Below, in pieces: positions 27,401 to 36,754 of a DNA stretch of 64,000 nt (positions within the stretch are counted from its first letter, which is position 1; the number at the start of each line of letters is the position of its first letter). Source of the DNA: Candidatus Latescibacterota bacterium. Its GTDB lineage: Bacteria > Latescibacterota > UBA2968 > GCA-2709665. The notes beneath the pieces were generated by a model. The model was not told where the DNA came from and ran no database searches. It saw nothing but the letters and a program-made list of their open reading frames with translations. The stretch spans positions 25,556 to 89,555 of the forward strand of contig CAXXJS010000017.1 in NCBI GenBank assembly GCA_963662665.2, written 5' to 3'. Position numbers and translations under genes: made by a program.

Positions 27401-29065
27401 GTGAGGCGCCTTCTCGCTGAAAAAATTCCGTCGACGCCCCAGAAGCATGTCCAGAGACATCACCAGTTCTTCCCGCAGGGGATCGATCGGCGGATTCGTG
27501 ACCTGGGCGAACCGCTGCGAAAAGAAATCATACAGAAGCCGGGGCCGCTCGGACAGGACGGCCAGAGGCGTATCGTCCCCCATGGATCCCACCGGTTCCT
27601 TTCCGTCGTTCGCCATGGGCACCAGGACGTACTCGATTCCGTCGGCGGTGTACCCGAATGCCACCTGCCGCCGCGCCAGGTCCGTCTGCTCTCCAACCGG
27701 CATCGGCTCGCCGCGGGTATCCGCGGGTTCGAAGGGGACCAGGTTGTCCCTCACCCATCGCTGGTACGGGCGGCGGACCGCAAAATGGGATTTTATCTCG
27801 TCGTTTTTCAGCAAGACGCCCGTGCGCGTATCCACCGCGATCATCTGTCCCGGCCCGAGGCGCCCCTTTTCGACCACGTGGCGGTCGTCCATCTCCAGCA
27901 TCCCGACCTCTGAACCCATAACGATCAGACCGCTATCCGTAATCTTGTAACGCGCGGGCCGCAACCCGTTTCTGTCCAACGTGGCGCCCACGACCGTGCC
28001 GTCGCTGAACGCGACGGCGGCGGGACCGTCCCAGGGTTCCATCAGGCATTCGTTATATTCGTAAAAGCCGCGCAGGTCTTCCGGCATGTCCGGTATTCCC
28101 CGGTACGCCTCGGGAATCAGCATCATCATGGCGTGCATCGGGTTCCGCCCGGCCACCACCAGCGTTTCGAAGACATTGTCGAGCATCGCGGAATCGCTGC
28201 GGGTCGCGTCTATAATGGGCTTGATCCGATCCAGGTGCCGTCCCCATGCCCGGGATTTGAGTTCCGCCTCGCGCGCCCGCATCCAGTTCACGTTCCCCTT
28301 CAGGGTGTTGATTTCGCCGTTGTGGGCGAGATACCGGAACGGCTGCGCCAGAAACCAGTCGGGCAGCGTGTTGGTGCTGTAGCGCTGATGAAAGACAGCC
28401 AGCGCGGTTTCGAAGTCCGGATTCTGCAGGTCCCTGTAGAACCGGGCAAGCTGCGCGGCCACCATCATTCCCTTGTAAACGATGGTCCGGTTGGACAGCG
28501 AGCAGATATAGCAACCCTCTATTCCGTGCCGACGTACGGATCGCTCCACCTGACGTCGAACCAGATACAGCGCCCGCTCGAACTCCGCGTCGGACATCCG
28601 CTTTCCCCGGGCGATCAGCACCTGCTGAATATCGGGCATCAACTCGGCTGCCCGGTCGCCGAGGACCGTACGATCCACCGGAACCGTCCGCCATCCAATC
28701 AGCAGGAGCCCGTAATGGTCCGTCGCTTCGTCGACGATGATCCGATACCGGTCGTTCGTTACGGTGTCCTGAGACAGGAACAGCATGCCGATGGCCAGGT
28801 CTTCCGCGCGGGGCGCCCTGTACCCCAGCCGTTCCGCCTCCCTCACGATCAGTCGCGCGGGAATCTGGGTGAGTACCCCCGCGCCGTCGCCGGTTTTCGC
28901 GTCCGCATCCATCGCGCCGCGATGGGTCAGATTGGCCAGCCCAAGCACGGCCTGACGCATGATTTCACCGTTGCGGTTGCCTCTGATATCCGCAACAAAA
29001 CCAACGCCGCAGGCATCGTGCTCGAATTCGGGCCGGTACAGCCCGTTTGTTGGGGTTACTTCCAT
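24455..29065 (-). CDS. gltB: Glutamate synthase large subunit
   Basis: HDACGVGF, HQRYSTNT, WDGPA, FAQVTNPPID, KQVASGRFGV, SPPPHHDIYSIED, GCVMARQCHLNTCPVG, GDHGCEYMT. Confidence 0.97.
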   Translation of the reverse strand: MEVTPTNGLYRPEFEHDACGVGFVADIRGNRNGEIMRQAVLGLANLTHRGAMDADAKTGDGAGVLTQIPARLIVREAERLGYRAPRAEDLAIGMLFLSQDTVTNDRYRIIVDEATDHYGLLLIGWRTVPVDRTVLGDRAAELMPDIQQVLIARGKRMSDAEFERALYLVRRQVERSVRRHGIEGCYICSLSNRTIVYKGMMVAAQLARFYRDLQNPDFETALAVFHQRYSTNTLPDWFLAQPFRYLAHNGEINTLKGNVNWMRAREAELKSRAWGRHLDRIKPIIDATRSDSAMLDNVFETLVVAGRNPMHAMMMLIPEAYRGIPDMPEDLRGFYEYNECLMEPWDGPAAVAFSDGTVVGATLDRNGLRPARYKITDSGLIVMGSEVGMLEMDDRHVVEKGRLGPGQMIAVDTRTGVLLKNDEIKSHFAVRRPYQRWVRDNLVPFEPADTRGEPMPVGEQTDLARRQVAFGYTADGIEYVLVPMANDGKEPVGSMGDDTPLAVLSERPRLLYDFFSQRFAQVTNPPIDPLREELVMSLDMLLGRRRNFFSEKAPHARLVRIPSPVLLDSEFRRLSSSGLPGFEAQKLPALFVPSEGVEGLHGALDTMCRQAVRAVESGKTLLVLSDRGVDSNHAPIPMLLAVGAVHHHLIREGKRMQASLIVESGEPREVHQIAALIGYGASAVNPYLAYEGMYELIRTGRLEGDVTYAKALDNYRHALEAGILKVICKMGISTLSSYCGAQIFDAVGLHRDVVDRYFSGTVSQVGGIGLAEIAEDAAERHLLAFQHEGSPRIKDAGIYRFRRDGEYHAFNPPVFKAIHSVAKTGNYKDFRAYSRLVEGRPAASLRDLMAFREGRSVPLDEVEPAEAICRRFVSSAMSHGALSREAHETLAIALNRIGAKSNSGEGGEDPARYRRLPNGDWPNSAIKQVASGRFGVTPEYLASAKELEIKMAQGSKPGEGGQLPGHKVSAEIALIRHSVPGVTLISPPPHHDIYSIEDIAQLIYDLKRVNPRAKVCVKLVSVAGIGTIAAGVVKGYADVVHVSGHDGGTGASPLGAIKHSGGPWEPGLAEVQQTLVMNDLRGRVVLRVDGGLKTARDVVVAAALGAEEYGFGTAALVSMGCVMARQCHLNTCPVGVATQKPELREKFNGSPENVIRYFTNLAGEIREVVAGLGFRSLDSLIGRTEILEARDDLEKHRWRGIDLSDLLADPDPAGTRPRLHTRERNDRPDASIDDLLLQDAMDAIKENSSITLSYDVRNTRRAVGAKLAGEIAYHYGDRGLDSTIECRFRGSAGQSFGAFCIRGLRLVLTGEANDYVGKSMHGGELIVRPPGDAGFPSHRNAIIGNTVMYGATGGVLYAAGCAGERFCVRNSGGNAVVEGVGDHGCEYMTDGVVVVLGSAGRNFGAGMTGGTAYVLDEEGSFENRFNPQLVAIERVDHADDVGLLKKMIGRHLEKTNSRRASAIIARWDRFLPKFWKVSPHAPDHGDELVIPDRYRETHREARRQKARYQQAKPATGSTHAQPVRAGAGESGRSNDD

Positions 29066-29235
29066 GATGAATGTTTTCTTCCTTCCTTGCAGAATGAAAT
29101 GTACGGTTTAGCGATAGCTGAGTTTTAAATCCGGCGAAATGTTATTCCCCCGGAAGTCACGGTCCGGTCCATCCCGCCTCGCTGCGTCTTTCACATTGGC
29201 CTGTCGGCGGAAAACCCACTCAAAAATTGCTTTCC

Positions 29236-29251
29236 TGCAAGAGACAGGCCT
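29236..29251 (-). promoter_or_regulatory. Possible sigma54 -24/-12 promoter for gltB
   Basis: Minus strand AGGCCTGTCTCTTGCA has GG-N10-GC spacing with TTGCA, but only a partial match to TGGCACG. Confidence 0.3.
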
Positions 29252-29282
29252 TACGTCATCAATCACCTTTCTTTTTCTCTTC

Positions 29283-29454
29283 GTCCTTTTTCTTATCCGC
29301 GGAAGAAAAAGGACCAAAAAGAAGCGCGCCGCTCGGCGCGGGGCCGGTTTTTCCACGAATCACGAAACTGGTGAATACAAACGCGTCTGTCCTGCGGGCG
29401 ATCAAGCACCCACAAGGCGACTGTGGTGGACGGATCAACGTGGAAAAACCCCCA
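29283..29454 (-). repeat. ~175-nt structured interspersed element / candidate ncRNA (copy 2)
   Basis: Stems 29283-294/29303-314 and 29347-357/29439-449; colinear with 225-399. Confidence 0.8.
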
Positions 29455-29557
29455 ACCCCACGATCGTACGGGTAATTGTACACGCGAGGTTCGATACAAC
29501 GACAATGTGTCACCTTAAGGCGCGGATTCAACGTCCACCTGCGTCCATATTGTATGT

Positions 29558-29627
29558 GTAGGGGCGACCCTTGTGGTCGCCCGCCTTTCCGCTGCCCGCC
29601 ACCGGCCGGTTCGCGAACTGCCCCTAC
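29558..29627. repeat. GTAG-type REP doublet (REPIN-like)
   Basis: GTAGGGGCGACCCTTGTGGTCGCCC on plus and GTAGGGGCAGTTCGCGAACCGGCC on minus strand, in inverted orientation. Confidence 0.75.
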
Positions 29628-29738
29628 AAAAACCCAGGGTTTCGTGAATTGACGTCACGGTACCTTATCGCTGCCCGACGGGGCTCGGTGGGGTCGTCTA
29701 CCGTCTCACCTGGCACGGCCTTCCGGTGTTTCAATTGC

Positions 29739-29772
29739 AAAATGCCAGGATCGGTCGGATCCTGGCATTTTC
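29739..29772 (-). terminator. Intrinsic (bidirectional-looking) terminator after ferredoxin
   Basis: AAAATGCCAGGATC-loop-GATCCTGGCATTTT perfect stem. Confidence 0.75.
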
Positions 29773-29809
29773 CTCACGTCGATTGAACGAGCGAAGAGGT
29801 TGGAACGCC

Positions 29810-30073
29810 TTACTCGAACGCTTTCGCATTAATTTCGATGTATTCCTTCCATTCTTCGGGTGTGTCGTCCTCCTCAAAAATCGCCTCAACCGGACATTCG
29901 GGTTCGCAGGCCCCGCAGTCGATACACTCGTCCGGATGGATGTAGAGCATCTGACGCTGCTCGTCTTCCGGCAGATTCGTTGCATCGGGCTCGTAAATAC
30001 AGTCGACAGGGCAGACCTCCACACACGCCCTGTCCATCACGTCCAGGCATGGTTCGGCGATAATGTACGTCAT
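29810..30073 (-). CDS. FdxA-type (7Fe-like) ferredoxin
   Basis: [41 protein letters not shown]. Confidence 0.93.
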   Translation of the reverse strand: MTYIIAEPCLDVMDRACVEVCPVDCIYEPDATNLPEDEQRQMLYIHPDECIDCGACEPECPVEAIFEEDDTPEEWKEYIEINAKAFE

Positions 30074-30229
30074 TCTTCTCACCCCTTTCCTTAAATCAGT
30101 CTACACGCCGCTCATCTTAAAACATTGAACTCAGGTACGTGAGACGGGAATTCCCGAAAAAACACGCAATTCGGAAAGTCTCGCGAAGTCCGCCTTCAGG
30201 CAACGCCATCCAGCGCAAATCTCATTCGA

Positions 30230-30257
30230 AATATAGAACTTTATTGCCGTTTGTCAA
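30230..30257 (-). promoter_or_regulatory. Sigma70-type promoter for ferredoxin
   Basis: TTGACA-16 nt-TATATT on minus strand. Confidence 0.55.
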
Positions 30258-30268
30258 GCGTCAAAAGG

Positions 30269-30850
30269 TCAATTATCCCCATGGAGATGCCGCAATAAAT
30301 CAGCGACGCCTTGCCGGCAGCCTGAATGGACTTTGAGGGTGAAGCGCTGTCCGGGGCTTGAATCGCGATCAACGTCGTAGTCGGCGCCGTCAAACAGCTT
30401 ATTCAGCACGGGGTCCAGGTCCGCCTTAACTGCGGTATGCGTTGTCTCTGAATTGGGGGCCAACAACCGGTCGTTCAACGCGATCAGCACTTCATCTGTT
30501 CTGAATTTCGCGCGTCCTGCCAATATGGAATCCCGTTCGAGCTTGTTGCAGGCTCCCAGCGCCGAAACGAAAGCCCCCTCCAGCCGGTCCGCAAAATCGC
30601 CGTGGGACGGTTGCTTTCGGTCGTAGAGGAGCCCCGTTTTACCGTCGGTGCGATCGATACTGTAGTTGGCCTGGTGTCCAACCAGCAGGGTGACCGGCCC
30701 CCTGTGTACGTGGCTGTAATCGGCCACGTCGATGAGTACCTCCTCCCGGGTCTCCGGAATCCAGGTATTGAAGACCCGGAACCAGGTATCGGGCGCCACG
30801 TCCTGCCCGCGCTCGAGGTAGAATTTGATCTGAATTCTATACGCGTTCAT
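30269..30850 (-). CDS. Hypothetical protein downstream of the reductase
   Basis: Globular-looking 193-aa ORF (F..WI...LIDVADYSHVH.GP..LLVGH) starting 24 nt after the reductase stop. Confidence 0.75.
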   Translation of the reverse strand: MNAYRIQIKFYLERGQDVAPDTWFRVFNTWIPETREEVLIDVADYSHVHRGPVTLLVGHQANYSIDRTDGKTGLLYDRKQPSHGDFADRLEGAFVSALGACNKLERDSILAGRAKFRTDEVLIALNDRLLAPNSETTHTAVKADLDPVLNKLFDGADYDVDRDSSPGQRFTLKVHSGCRQGVADLLRHLHGDN

Positions 30851-30874
30851 AGGTCGGAAGCACAGTTCAGAACA

Positions 30875-33131
30875 CTAACTGCTGACTACGTTCATCCGCC
30901 CGTAGCATGCATACGCCGCTTCGATAAAGAGCTGCGTTTCCTCGATGAAACGGTGCGCCAGGTCTTCATTGTAGGATTCGACGTTGCGCCTCTGGGCGTG
31001 AAAGAGATAATTGGCGAACTTGCCGCGGGTAACGGGATTGTCGTGCAACAATCCTGTATCGACGATCCGGGTGCGGAACTCCGATACGATGGTATCCGGA
31101 TCTTCCGGAACATCCAGGAATTGCGATTTTACCAATGCCTTGGCGGCGTGAACCATTGCGCTGTACGCCTGTTTATAGGCCGTTTCATATTGGCCGTTGT
31201 CCAGAAGCACCTGGGCTTCGAAGGCCTCGCGCTCGCAACTGGAAAGCTCGAACTGGACCAGCGGCACCACCTCGCCCGCGCACTCGCCCTTGCCCATATC
31301 TCCGGTTGTGAACACCCGGCTGTCGCCCCAATCCATATAGTACGACGAGTCGATCTCATAAGGCGGCACGTTTGTAAGGTCGTCGAGCATACGTTTCACT
31401 TCCACCTTGCCGATCCTGCGGATATACTCCTGGAAACTTTCGTCCCCCGGTTCGCCCCTGGATATAGCTCTGGCTGATACGCGCAACCACGTCGGGGATC
31501 CGCTTGGAAGGGACAGCCCCCATTGCCAGCCCGAAGGACGCGGCGTTACCGGTCCACTGACCCCCCAGAACCACCTGAAAATGCGGCACCGTGTAACCAC
31601 TCACCTTGCGGCTGATCCCATAGAATCCCAGATCCGCGACGTGATGCTGCCCGCATGAGTTGAAGCAACCGCTGATTTTGATTCGGAGCCCTTCAACGGC
31701 GGCATCCATTTCCAGGCCCTTCTCGGCCAGACGCGTGCGCAGTTCGCCGGCCAGACCGCGGGACGAGGCGATGCCCAGCTTGCACGTATCCGTCCCCGGG
31801 CACGCCGTCACGTCTACGATCGTCCCGGCCCCGGGTTCATTCAACCCGATCCTGGCGAGCGCGTTGTAGAGTTCGGGAAGGTCGTTCTCGCTCACCCAGC
31901 GGAACACGATGTTCTGCTCCACGGTGGCACGGATCGTATCGTTCACGAAACGCCTTGAAATATCGGCGAGCGCCCGCGTCTGGTTGGACGTGAGGTCCCC
32001 AAGCGGCAGCGTTACCGTAACCACGGCGTAGCCGTCCTGGCGTTGCCGATACACGTTGGTTCGCACCCACTCATCGAAGCCGTCGGCAACGGCGGCGCCG
32101 TTCAGGGGCTGTGCGATCTTCAGCGGTTTTTCGTCGTAGGCGTGAAGGTCCGAGAGAAACGACGTCCACTCCGGGTCGTCGGGCATCACCTTCCGCTCCT
32201 CGTCCACCAGGCGCTTGAACTCCTCGAGACCCAGTTTTGCGATCAGGAACTTAAGCCGTGCCCGCGCACGGTTCCGCTTCTCGCCGAGGCGGGCGAACAC
32301 GCGCGAGATGGCCTGCGACACGGGTAGAAGCTCCTCTTCCGGCAGGAATTCGTCGAACAGCTTCGCCTGGTGCGGTACGGCGCCCAGCCCGCCGCCAACG
32401 TAGAACCTGAACCCGCGTTTCTCGCTGCCATCCACCATCTTTGTAACCGCTACGGCGCCGATATCGTGCATATTTGCAAGCCCGCAGGCCTCGTGTTCGC
32501 ATCCGGAAAAGGCGATTTTGAACTTCCGGCCGAAGTCCTGCGCGTCTTTGTGCCCCAGCAGAAATCCGGAGCAGGCACGCGCATAGGGCGTTACGTCGAA
32601 TTTCTCGGTCCGGCACACCCCCGAAAGAGGGCAGGCCGTGACGTTCCGCACCGTATTGCCGCAGGCTTCCCGGGTTGTGATGCCCACCGATGCCAGGCGG
32701 TACATCATTGCCGGCGTATCATCGATGTGTACGTAATGCAACTGGACGTCCTGGCGTGTGGTAATGTGCAGGATCGCGTCCGAATACTCCTCCGCCACGT
32801 CGGCCAGCACATCCAGCTGATCCGCGGTCAGTCCCCCGAAGGGAATCTTGATCCGCTGCATTCCAGGCGCGTCCCACACGGTATCCGGCCCCTTCACCAG
32901 GTCCCCGCTCGGGAATTCCAGTACCTGCGTATTGTTCCCGTCGAACCGTTTGCCGTTATCGTAACGCTGCCCGTAAACCCCCCGGCGCAACCTGGTCTCG
33001 GCAAAAACGGTATCTTCTATCTTGCCCTGTTTCCGCAGTTCGATCTGCGTGGCGAATATATCCACTTCCCGGCCCAGTTCAGGGGGTATGCGATCCGCGA
33101 GCGCTTCTTTCCAGGTTGTCGATTCAGACAT
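30875..33131 (-). CDS. Siroheme nitrite/sulfite reductase with C-terminal HEPN-like extension, split by a frameshift near 31446
   Basis: RRGVYGQR, MQRIKIP, HITTRQDVQLH, ACGNTVRNVTAC, RKFKIAFSGC, CPGTDTC, SGCFNSCGQH. ORFs 31356-33131 and 30875-31600 join as YIQGRTGDESFQEY if one base of the C5 run at 31444-31448 is removed. Confidence 0.88.
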
Positions 33132-33332
33132 GGCAACGTCTCCCGGTTCCGGATTACAGAGGCGACGGTATCAATCAGGCGGGTAATCTATTGAACTCAC
33201 CCTGCGAAGTCAACGAAATAATCCCGAAACGGCAGCCGTTCCGATCGGGAAGAATGGGCTTTTCGGAGATATTCTTGAGTATTTTGATCAACAATATAAT
33301 AAATAACAAAACAAACGGGAATGCTGTCAATC

Positions 33333-33362
33333 AAAAACGAGAGACGAAAGTCTCTCGTTTTT
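33333..33362 (-). terminator. Intrinsic terminator after moaA
   Basis: AAAAACGAGAGAC-GAAA-GTCTCTCGTTTTT 13-bp stem with T-runs on both strands. Confidence 0.75.
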
Positions 33363-33385
33363 CAAGTGAATTGGTGGACGGGAAA

Positions 33386-33433
33386 CCTATCCCGCCTGCC
33401 TGGCGGCAGGCACCCTTTCCTGACGGAAAGGGT
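33386..33433. repeat. Composite palindromic repeat related to 86-120/49946-49980
   Basis: CCTATCCC, then a GCCTGCC-TGGC-GGCAGGC hairpin, then a CACCCTTTCC-TGAC-GGAAAGGGTG hairpin. Confidence 0.6.
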
Positions 33434-33547
33434 GAAGCGGATTGCGCGATGGGAATTCGGTTGCCCCCTTCGGGGGAGAAAAGCGAAAGGCGGGTAGGTC
33501 CGCGGTCGCGGAGGCGCCTGCCTTTCGGTTGTTTCCCGGACAGAACG

Positions 33548-34570
33548 CTAACCCCCGATCTGGTACATTTCCACCTTGGAAAATGACGGCATTTCGGCCG
33601 TCTCGGACGTACGCATTTCCGAGTACCGATCCTCGCGCTCATTCCAGATTTCCGAGATCGTGGCCAGAAGCTCGTCGTCGCCCGCCCCGTCCCGCAGGGG
33701 TCCTCTGAGATCCACGCCCGTCCCGGCAAACAGACAGGTATAGACCTTTCCGTCGGTGGACAGCCTCGCACGCGTACAGTCGCCGCAGAACGGTTGCGTG
33801 ACGGAGGCGATCACGCCGATCTCCCCGCTCCCGTCCAGGTATCGGAACCGTCGCGCGACCTCACCCGGGTAGTTCGGCGCAATGGCGGCTACCGGCATTT
33901 CTTCATGGATGCGCTGCACGATCTCGGCCGCGGGAACCACCTGATCCAGGCGCCATCCATTCCGGTTGCCCACGTCCATATACTCGATAAACCGGACGAT
34001 ATGCCCGGTGCCCTGGAAATGCCGGGCGAGATCCACGATGGTATGGTCGTTCACCCCGCGCTGAATCACCGCGTTGATCTTCAGCGGGGAAAACCCCGCC
34101 GCTTCAGCGGCACGGATCCCCTCCAGTATCTGCGATACGTGATAGCCTCTCCCGTTCAACAGTTCGAATGCGTCCTCGTCCAGGGAATCCAGGCTGACCG
34201 TAATCCTGTGCAACCCCGCTGCCTTGAGTTCTCCGGCCTTTTGCGGCAGCAGGTAGCCATTGGTCGTGAGCGTGAGGTCTTCAATGCCGTCAACCGCCGC
34301 AAGGCGCCGGATCAGCGCTTCGATTTCCCTCCGGAGCAGCGGCTCACCGCCGGTGACACGGACCTTGCGCACACCCAGGCCCACGAACAGCCACACCAGC
34401 CGTTCCGTCTCCTCGAACGTCAGGATTTCGGTTCTGGGCAGGAAGGCGTAGTTTTCCCCGAAGACCTCGGCCGGCATGCAGTACGGACACCTGAAATTGC
34501 ACCGGTCCGTTACCGAAATCCGGAGGTCTCGCAGCGGTCTGCCGAGTCTGTCTGTCGCAACGTCCGCCAT
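33548..34570 (-). CDS. moaA: GTP 3',8-cyclase MoaA
   Basis: LRISVTDRCNFRCPYC, TGGEPL, FCGDCTRARL, C-terminal IGG. Confidence 0.97.
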   Translation of the reverse strand: MADVATDRLGRPLRDLRISVTDRCNFRCPYCMPAEVFGENYAFLPRTEILTFEETERLVWLFVGLGVRKVRVTGGEPLLRREIEALIRRLAAVDGIEDLTLTTNGYLLPQKAGELKAAGLHRITVSLDSLDEDAFELLNGRGYHVSQILEGIRAAEAAGFSPLKINAVIQRGVNDHTIVDLARHFQGTGHIVRFIEYMDVGNRNGWRLDQVVPAAEIVQRIHEEMPVAAIAPNYPGEVARRFRYLDGSGEIGVIASVTQPFCGDCTRARLSTDGKVYTCLFAGTGVDLRGPLRDGAGDDELLATISEIWNEREDRYSEMRTSETAEMPSFSKVEMYQIGG

Positions 34571-34591
34571 AACAGGAATCTCGTCTGCCCT

Positions 34592-35173
34592 CTAAAACGA
34601 CTCCGCCCGCGTAACGGCTGTCTCAAACTGTCTCTTATCCACAATCGCCCCGCGCAGGCGCGCCTCGTACAGGAATGCGCCATCCAGATTGGCGCCCCGC
34701 AAATCTGTTCCCCGGAAATCCGTCGCGCCCACCACCGCCGCTTCCAGATTGGCGTTCCTGAAACTCGTGGGACGCCCCGATGGATTCGGGAAGGACGCGT
34801 GTACCACACCCAGGCGGGCGCGCTTGAGACTCGCGCGGGTGAAGTTCGCGCCTCCGAGTACCGCGCCCGATAAAAACGCGTCGTCCATCACCGCGCCCGA
34901 CAGGTTCGCGCCCAGGAGATCGGCGGCCACCAGATACGCCCCCCTCATTTTCGCTCCGCTGAGGTCGGCGCCCTTCATGCTCGCGTTGTGAAACCTCGTT
35001 TCCAGGAGTGTTGCGTCCGTGAACCTGGCGTTGTCCAGATTCGCGCCGGTAAAATCTATACCGGAGAGATCCTCTCCTGCAAGATCAACGCCCGCCAGAT
35101 CTTCTCCCGCCAGATTCCCGGTTGATTTCGCTCTGGCGATCAGCACTTCCTTGTCCAGGAACGCGGCGTCCAT
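34592..35173 (-). CDS. Pentapeptide repeat protein
   Basis: Tandem A(D/N)LxG repeats. Confidence 0.9.
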   Translation of the reverse strand: MDAAFLDKEVLIARAKSTGNLAGEDLAGVDLAGEDLSGIDFTGANLDNARFTDATLLETRFHNASMKGADLSGAKMRGAYLVAADLLGANLSGAVMDDAFLSGAVLGGANFTRASLKRARLGVVHASFPNPSGRPTSFRNANLEAAVVGATDFRGTDLRGANLDGAFLYEARLRGAIVDKRQFETAVTRAESF

Positions 35174-35216
35174 CCGTTACCCCTCTCTGCCGTCGGCTGC
35201 TTCGGGTTCTTGTCGA

Positions 35217-35244
35217 AATATACCAAACTTCCCCGGGGGGTCAA
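35217..35244 (-). promoter_or_regulatory. Sigma70-type promoter for pentapeptide-moaA
   Basis: TTGACC-16 nt-TATATT with extended TGn. Confidence 0.5.
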
Positions 35245-35364
35245 CCCATATCACAGGAGTCCGAAACTGGAGACCTCCGGACCGTTATGCACGGCAACAC
35301 CGCTTTGAACCCACTGTCTTGCGCGGCACACGCGCATCGCGAACGGCATGGGTCCGATACGCGA

Positions 35365-36645
35365 TCAATCCACCGCAATCGTTTCCTTGCGGTCCGGTCC
35401 CACGGACACCATGGCAATTGGCGTGCGGCTCAACTCCTGAATTCTGTCCAGATACCGCCTCGCGTTTTCCGGAAGGTCCTCCCACCGTCTCACGTCGCTG
35501 GTGGGCGCCGTCCACCCCGGCATCGTTTCGTACACGGGCCGGCATTCCGCAAGTACCTTCACGTCGCTCGGGAAGTGTTCCAGCCGCTTTCCACGGCAGG
35601 TATAGTGCGTGCAGATCCGGATCTCTTCCAGAGGATCCAGAATGTCCAGACGGGTCACCGCGATTCCGGACAGTCCGTTCACCCTCGCGGCAAACCTCAG
35701 AATGACGGCATCCAGCCAGCCGCACCGCCTCGGCCGGCCCGTGGTCGCCCCGTACTCGTGCCCGATCTCCCGGATCCGGTCTCCCATGGCGCCGGTCAGT
35801 TCGGTGGGAAACGGACCATTGCCAACTCGCGTCGTATATGCCTTCACCACCCCCACGACCTCGGAAATCCGGGTGGGTCCGATACCGGCGCCCGTGCAAG
35901 CGCCGCCGGCCGTGGTGTTCGAAGACGTCACAAAAGGATAGGTCCCATGATCGATATCCAGCAACGTGCCCTGGGAACCTTCGAACAGGACGTCCTTTCC
36001 GGCGTCGATCATATCGTTGAGGTAGACGGACGTATCCGTAACGAATGGCTCCAGGCGCTCGCCGAATGCTATGTAGGCCTCGATGATGGGCGCCGCGTCC
36101 AGCCCGTCCTCCCCGTACACGTTCCTGAGTATCTCGTTTTTCTGCCGGACGTTTTCCCGCACCTTGCCGGGCAGTGCGTCCGCATCGAAGAGGTCTCCCA
36201 CGCGAATGCCCGAGGACCGGTTGACTTTGTCCTGGTAGCAGGGTCCGATGCCCCGCAGCGTGGTCCCGATCGCGTCCGCCCCGATCCTTGCCTCGCTGGC
36301 CTGTTCGACGCGTTTGTGATACGGCATAACCAGGTGGGTATTCGGACTCACGAACAGCCGGTTGGCAATGGAGATGCCCTTCGACTCCAGTTCTTCCACC
36401 TCCTGGAACAGGGCCTCGGGATCCATCACCACCCCGTTGCCGATCACACAGGTCTTGTCGGGATGCACAATTCCGGCGGGAATGAGATGAAACACGAACT
36501 CCAGATCCCCCGCCTTGATGGTATGCCCCGCATTGGCGCCCCCCTGGAACCGCACCACGACGTCCGAGTCCGCCGTCATGTAATCCACAACCTTGGCCTT
36601 GCCTTCATCTCCCCACTGGGCGCCCAGCACAACGCGCACGGACAT
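35365..36645 (-). CDS. purA: Adenylosuccinate synthetase
   Basis: QWGDEGK, GGANAGHT, IGTT.RGIGP, TTGRPRRCGWLD. Confidence 0.98.
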   Translation of the reverse strand: MSVRVVLGAQWGDEGKAKVVDYMTADSDVVVRFQGGANAGHTIKAGDLEFVFHLIPAGIVHPDKTCVIGNGVVMDPEALFQEVEELESKGISIANRLFVSPNTHLVMPYHKRVEQASEARIGADAIGTTLRGIGPCYQDKVNRSSGIRVGDLFDADALPGKVRENVRQKNEILRNVYGEDGLDAAPIIEAYIAFGERLEPFVTDTSVYLNDMIDAGKDVLFEGSQGTLLDIDHGTYPFVTSSNTTAGGACTGAGIGPTRISEVVGVVKAYTTRVGNGPFPTELTGAMGDRIREIGHEYGATTGRPRRCGWLDAVILRFAARVNGLSGIAVTRLDILDPLEEIRICTHYTCRGKRLEHFPSDVKVLAECRPVYETMPGWTAPTSDVRRWEDLPENARRYLDRIQELSRTPIAMVSVGPDRKETIAVD

Positions 36646-36664
36646 GATCTATCTCCTCGAATAC

Positions 36665-36695
36665 AGCTGTCAGCAATCAGCTCTCAGCTAAAAGC
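36665..36695. repeat. Heptamer tandem repeat (AGCnnTC)n
   Basis: AGCTGTC AGCAATC AGCTCTC AGCTAAA AGC; second array at 38361-38390. Confidence 0.65.
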
Positions 36696-36754
36696 AAAAA
36701 CCGGGTCGGGCGGTGTGGCCCTCTCCCGTATCACGGCTTGCGGCTACCCGATTC

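Noticed and set aside
29650-29730. GC-rich stretch with CCGGAAGG/CCAGG as SRP RNA or riboswitch
   Set aside because: The SRP motif order (CAGG-CCGGAAGG-AGCAGC) is not met and no riboswitch consensus was recognised.
31449-31600. N-terminal part of ORF 30875-31600 as an independent gene start
   Set aside because: Out-of-frame overlap with the reductase; explained by the frameshift.
35245-35364. purA-pentapeptide spacer as 6S RNA or Moco riboswitch
   Set aside because: Only short hairpins; lacks Moco GAAA/GCCTCC elements and the long 6S rod.
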